Part shown: positions 61,313 to 64,000 of the stretch, in pieces
Layout: every line of letters starts with the position of its first letter
How positions within the stretch are numbered: the stretch's first letter is position 1
Source: an uncultured Solirubrobacteraceae bacterium
GTDB taxonomy: Bacteria > Actinomycetota > Thermoleophilia > Solirubrobacterales > Solirubrobacteraceae
NCBI GenBank assembly: GCA_963723395.1
Contig: CAVRQL010000021.1
Coordinates: forward strand, 308,206-372,205
Length of the DNA stretch: 64,000 bases
Direction: 5' to 3'
Translations under genes and position numbers: made by a program
Notes under the pieces: model-generated
What the model saw: only the letters and a program-made list of their open reading frames with translations
Told to the model about the DNA's origin: nothing
Databases searched by the model: none

Positions 61313-61948
61313 ATGTTCGCCACGTGGCCCATCGCGCGCCGCATCGTCGCCTCGACGCTGGTGTGCATCTGCATCTCGGTGCTGATCGCGGTGCTGTTCC
61401 GCGGCCTCTCCACCTCCTATCCGATCCGCCTCGTCGAGGTGCTGGCGTGCGTGGCGGGCGCCATCGTGGTGATCGCGGTCGTGATCAGCGCGATCACGTC
61501 GCGGCTCGCGAGCTACTCCGAGCCCGCTGACGACGAGGAGTTCGAGATGCTCGTCCGCCGGACCGAGCAGCTCGCGCGCGAGAACCTCGCGGTGGAGCCC
61601 GACGAGTCCGAGTTCATGGAGCTCGACCCGCGCAACCCCGACGACTTCGAGGAGCTGGTGCGCCAGGCGCTCGACGACCTGCCCGACCTGCTCCTGCGCG
61701 CGCTCGACCGCGTCCCGGTGGTCATCTCCGACAAGGGCCGCCGCCACCGCGCGTACGGGCTCTACCAGGGCGACACCGTCGCGCGCGACAACTACCCGGA
61801 CCGGATCGTGATCTTCAGGGACACGCTGCTGCGCGACTTCGGGCATGACCCGGACGAGCTGCGCGCGCAGGTCACGCGCACGGTCCGCCACGAGCTGGCG
61901 CACCACCTGGGCGCCGACGAGCTCGGAGTGCGGGAGCTCGGCCTATGA
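61313..61948 (+). CDS. Zincin-like metallopeptidase family protein (HExxH) with N-terminal TM segment
   Basis: VRHELAHHLG near the C-terminus and ...DRIVIFRDTLLRDFGHDPDEL... Membrane-anchored. Confidence 0.55.
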   Translation: MFATWPIARRIVASTLVCICISVLIAVLFRGLSTSYPIRLVEVLACVAGAIVVIAVVISAITSRLASYSEPADDEEFEMLVRRTEQLARENLAVEPDESEFMELDPRNPDDFEELVRQALDDLPDLLLRALDRVPVVISDKGRRHRAYGLYQGDTVARDNYPDRIVIFRDTLLRDFGHDPDELRAQVTRTVRHELAHHLGADELGVRELGL

Positions 61949-62115
61949 CGACCGATCGCACGACCGACACGGCCTCTCGAGGCTGTCTCGCGGCGCCGGA
62001 TCGGCACCGTCCGAAGGGGCCTGTGGCGCTGCCACTATTCCCCTTCGGCCGCCACCGCCCGGCATCCACGATCCAGGCTCGAGAGACCATGCCGGCCGTA
62101 CGATCGATCGTCCGA

Positions 62116-63137
62116 TGATGATCGTGATGACACCGGAGGCGGGCGAGCCGGAGATCGAGGCCGTCAAGGCCAAGCTCGCCACCACCGGCGTCCACGTGCT
62201 CGTCCTGCCGGGCGAGCTGACCACGGCGATCGGCGCGATCGGCGACCCGGAAGGCGTCCGCGAGCTGGGCCTGGAGGGCATGGCCGGCGTGGACCGCGTC
62301 GTGCCGATCTCGCGGCCCTACAAGCTCGCCTCCTCCGAGCTCGCCCACCATGAGCCGACGACGTTCGCGGTCGACGGACGGCGGGTGGGCGGCAACGAGA
62401 CCTTCACGCTGATCGCCGGACCGTGCACCGTCGAGACCCGCGAGCAGACGCTCGAGGTCGCGCGCACGGTGGCCGCGGGCGGCGCTTCGATGCTGCGGGG
62501 CGGGGCGTTCAAGCCGCGCACGTCGCCGTTCGCCTTCAAGGGCCTCGGCGTGACCGCGCTCGAGATCCTCGCCGAGGCGCGCGCCGAGACCGGGCTGCCG
62601 ATCGTCACCGAGTTCCTGGACACCACCCACGCGAGCGCGATCGCCGAGCACGCCGACGTCATCCAGATCGGCGCGCGCAACATGCAGAACTACGCGCTGC
62701 TGGAGGTGGCTGGCAAGCTCGGCAAGCCGGTCCTGCTCAAGCGCGGGCTCTCCTCCTCGCTCGACGAGCTGCTGATGGCCGCCGACTACATCCTCAAGGA
62801 GGGCAACGAGCGCGTGATGCTGTGCGAGCGCGGCATCCGCACGTTCGAGACCGCGACGCGCTTCACGCTCGACCTCAGCGCGGTGCCGTGGCTGAAGCTG
62901 CACACGCACCTGCCCGTGATCGTCGACCCCAGCCACGCCTCCGGCGACCGGCGGCTGGTCGAGCCGCTGGCCCGCGCGGCGGCCGCCGTCGGTGCCGACG
63001 GGATCATCGTCGAGGTCCACCAGGACCCCGACGAGGCCCTCTGCGACGGCCCGCAGGCCCTCTACGGCCGCGACTTCGCGGAGTTCGCCGCCCACGTGGC
63101 GGCGCACGCGCAGCTCGTCGGCCGCACCGTCGCCTAG
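62116..63137 (+). CDS. aroG: 3-deoxy-7-phosphoheptulonate (DAHP) synthase, class I-beta with N-terminal regulatory domain
   Basis: ...[13 protein letters not shown]...[11 protein letters not shown]...KRG...DPSHA are DAHPS/KDO8PS family blocks. A GC hairpin lies in the 167-nt leader. Confidence 0.85.
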
Positions 63138-63152
63138 CCGGCGCGGCTCACT

Positions 63153-63617
63153 TCAGCGCGGGCCGTTGCGGATCGCCGAGTTGGCGAGCTTGACGAGCGG
63201 CTTGCGGCCGCTGACCTTGGCCTGGATCACGTACAGCGAGCGGCGTTCGCGCCACTCGATGCTGGGCGGAGAGCACGAGGCGCCGCAGCTGAGCGGGTGG
63301 TAGTAGCCGGTGCGCCCGCGCGCGAGGCGCACGGTGCGCTTCCCGGCAGGCTTTTCGCCGGCGATCCCGCGGAAGTCTGCGATGAAGCACGCGGTGGCCT
63401 CGTGGCAGCCGCGCACGGCGCCGGTGTCGAAGTGCCAGCCCCCGGCGTTGCTGCGGCCCTCGGGGAAGTGGCGCTTGAACTCCGACCTGAACTTCTGCGG
63501 CAGCAGGATCGGCACCGTCGTGCGCTCCTTCGCGCGGTCGATCTGCTTGGCGAAGAGCTTCGGCACGTCGACAGCCGTCGTCTGCAGCGCGGCGGCGATC
63601 AGGAGGGCGGACAGCAC
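63153..63617 (-). CDS. Secreted hypothetical protein
   Basis: Signal peptide MLSALLIAAALQTTAV. No family assigned. Confidence 0.4.
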   Translation of the reverse strand: MLSALLIAAALQTTAVDVPKLFAKQIDRAKERTTVPILLPQKFRSEFKRHFPEGRSNAGGWHFDTGAVRGCHEATACFIADFRGIAGEKPAGKRTVRLARGRTGYYHPLSCGASCSPPSIEWRERRSLYVIQAKVSGRKPLVKLANSAIRNGPR

Positions 63618-63626
63618 GCGCGCAGC

Positions 63627-64000
63627 CTACGCGGCGGCGGCGCGGCGCGCGTCGCCCCAGAACGCGGCGTCCTGCTCGCCGAGCGGGGTGGACGGCGGCC
63701 CGTCGGCGAAGTACTCCGCGCCCAGCGCGGCCCAGTCGGCGCCGGCGCGCAGCTCGCCGAGCACGGCCAGCACGAGGCCCTCCATGCGGCGGATGAGCAG
63801 CGCCTGCGGCGGGATCGTCTCGCGCCGCATCTCCTCGAAGTACTCCGAGCGCGGCGAGGAGCCGCTCTCGATCAGCTCGGCGATGTAGGCGGGAGACAGG
63901 CGCTTGTAGCCGGGGTTGAAGTACCACGCGCCGGCGGTCAGCAGCTGGCCGAGGACGCGCTCGGGCTCGAACGCCCGCGGATCCGGCAGATAGCCGAGCG
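63627..64000 (-). CDS. Hypothetical protein, C-terminal part; gene starts beyond window end
   Basis: Coding-like minus-strand frame ...YFEEMRRETIPPQALLIRRMEGLVLAVLGELRAG... No family assigned. Confidence 0.3.
   Translation of the reverse strand, partial: LGYLPDPRAFEPERVLGQLLTAGAWYFNPGYKRLSPAYIAELIESGSSPRSEYFEEMRRETIPPQALLIRRMEGLVLAVLGELRAGADWAALGAEYFADGPPSTPLGEQDAAFWGDARRAAAA

Overview
This is a high-GC (about 70-72%) chromosomal segment with an actinobacterial-type gene repertoire, carrying roughly 65 genes on both strands. No transposase, integrase, CRISPR array, rRNA or tRNA was recognised. The recognisable content is: (1) a carbohydrate cluster (MFS transporter, mannitol-dehydrogenase-family enzyme, IclR regulator, GH31 glycosidase, sugar-phosphate isomerase, Gfo/Idh/MocA oxidoreductase); (2) a split Fe-S assembly (suf) system, with Rrf2 regulator-sufC-sufS-sufU at 8.3-11.2 kb and Rieske-sufB-sufD at 16.6-19.7 kb, interrupted by a YbdK-type amide ligase plus a circularly permuted ATP-grasp pair, an M15-like wall hydrolase, DUF4190/DUF2752 membrane proteins and a degenerate PLD-like gene; (3) a GGDEF-EAL membrane protein and a cupin; (4) a heavily degraded large secreted repeat protein; (5) an ECF sigma factor fused in one ORF to a zf-HC2 anti-sigma domain, divergent from an LVIVD beta-propeller protein across an AT-richer intergenic region holding a 35-bp tandem repeat that contains a GGGTC-N-GACCC palindrome; (6) LtrA, then an SPFH protein, a NadK-like kinase and a NadM-like nucleotidyltransferase fused to a SAM methyltransferase; (7) a reverse-transsulfuration pair (CBS plus cystathionine gamma-lyase/synthase) followed by an M15-like plus NlpC/P60 cell-wall hydrolase pair; (8) a Lys/Ala/Pro-rich histone-like protein; (9) a three-gene module of a winged-helix/proline-rich-linker/AAA_5 (McrB/MoxR-like) ATPase, a DUF45/WLM-like HExxH metallohydrolase and a small zinc-ribbon protein; (10) a P450, a GNAT, two GT-C membrane glycosyltransferases, a two-component system and an FAD oxidoreductase; (11) a PQQ sugar dehydrogenase, tandem rhodaneses, an acyl-CoA carboxyltransferase, a sugar-1,4-lactone oxidase and a D-serine-deaminase-like PLP enzyme; (12) a second NlpC/P60 hydrolase preceded by what looks like a ydaO-type c-di-AMP riboswitch; and a zincin-like peptidase and DAHP synthase. 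At least 20 genes show single-base frameshifts, several of them compensating pairs, so this is either a low-accuracy assembly or widespread pseudogenisation. Coordinates of frameshifted genes are therefore approximate.
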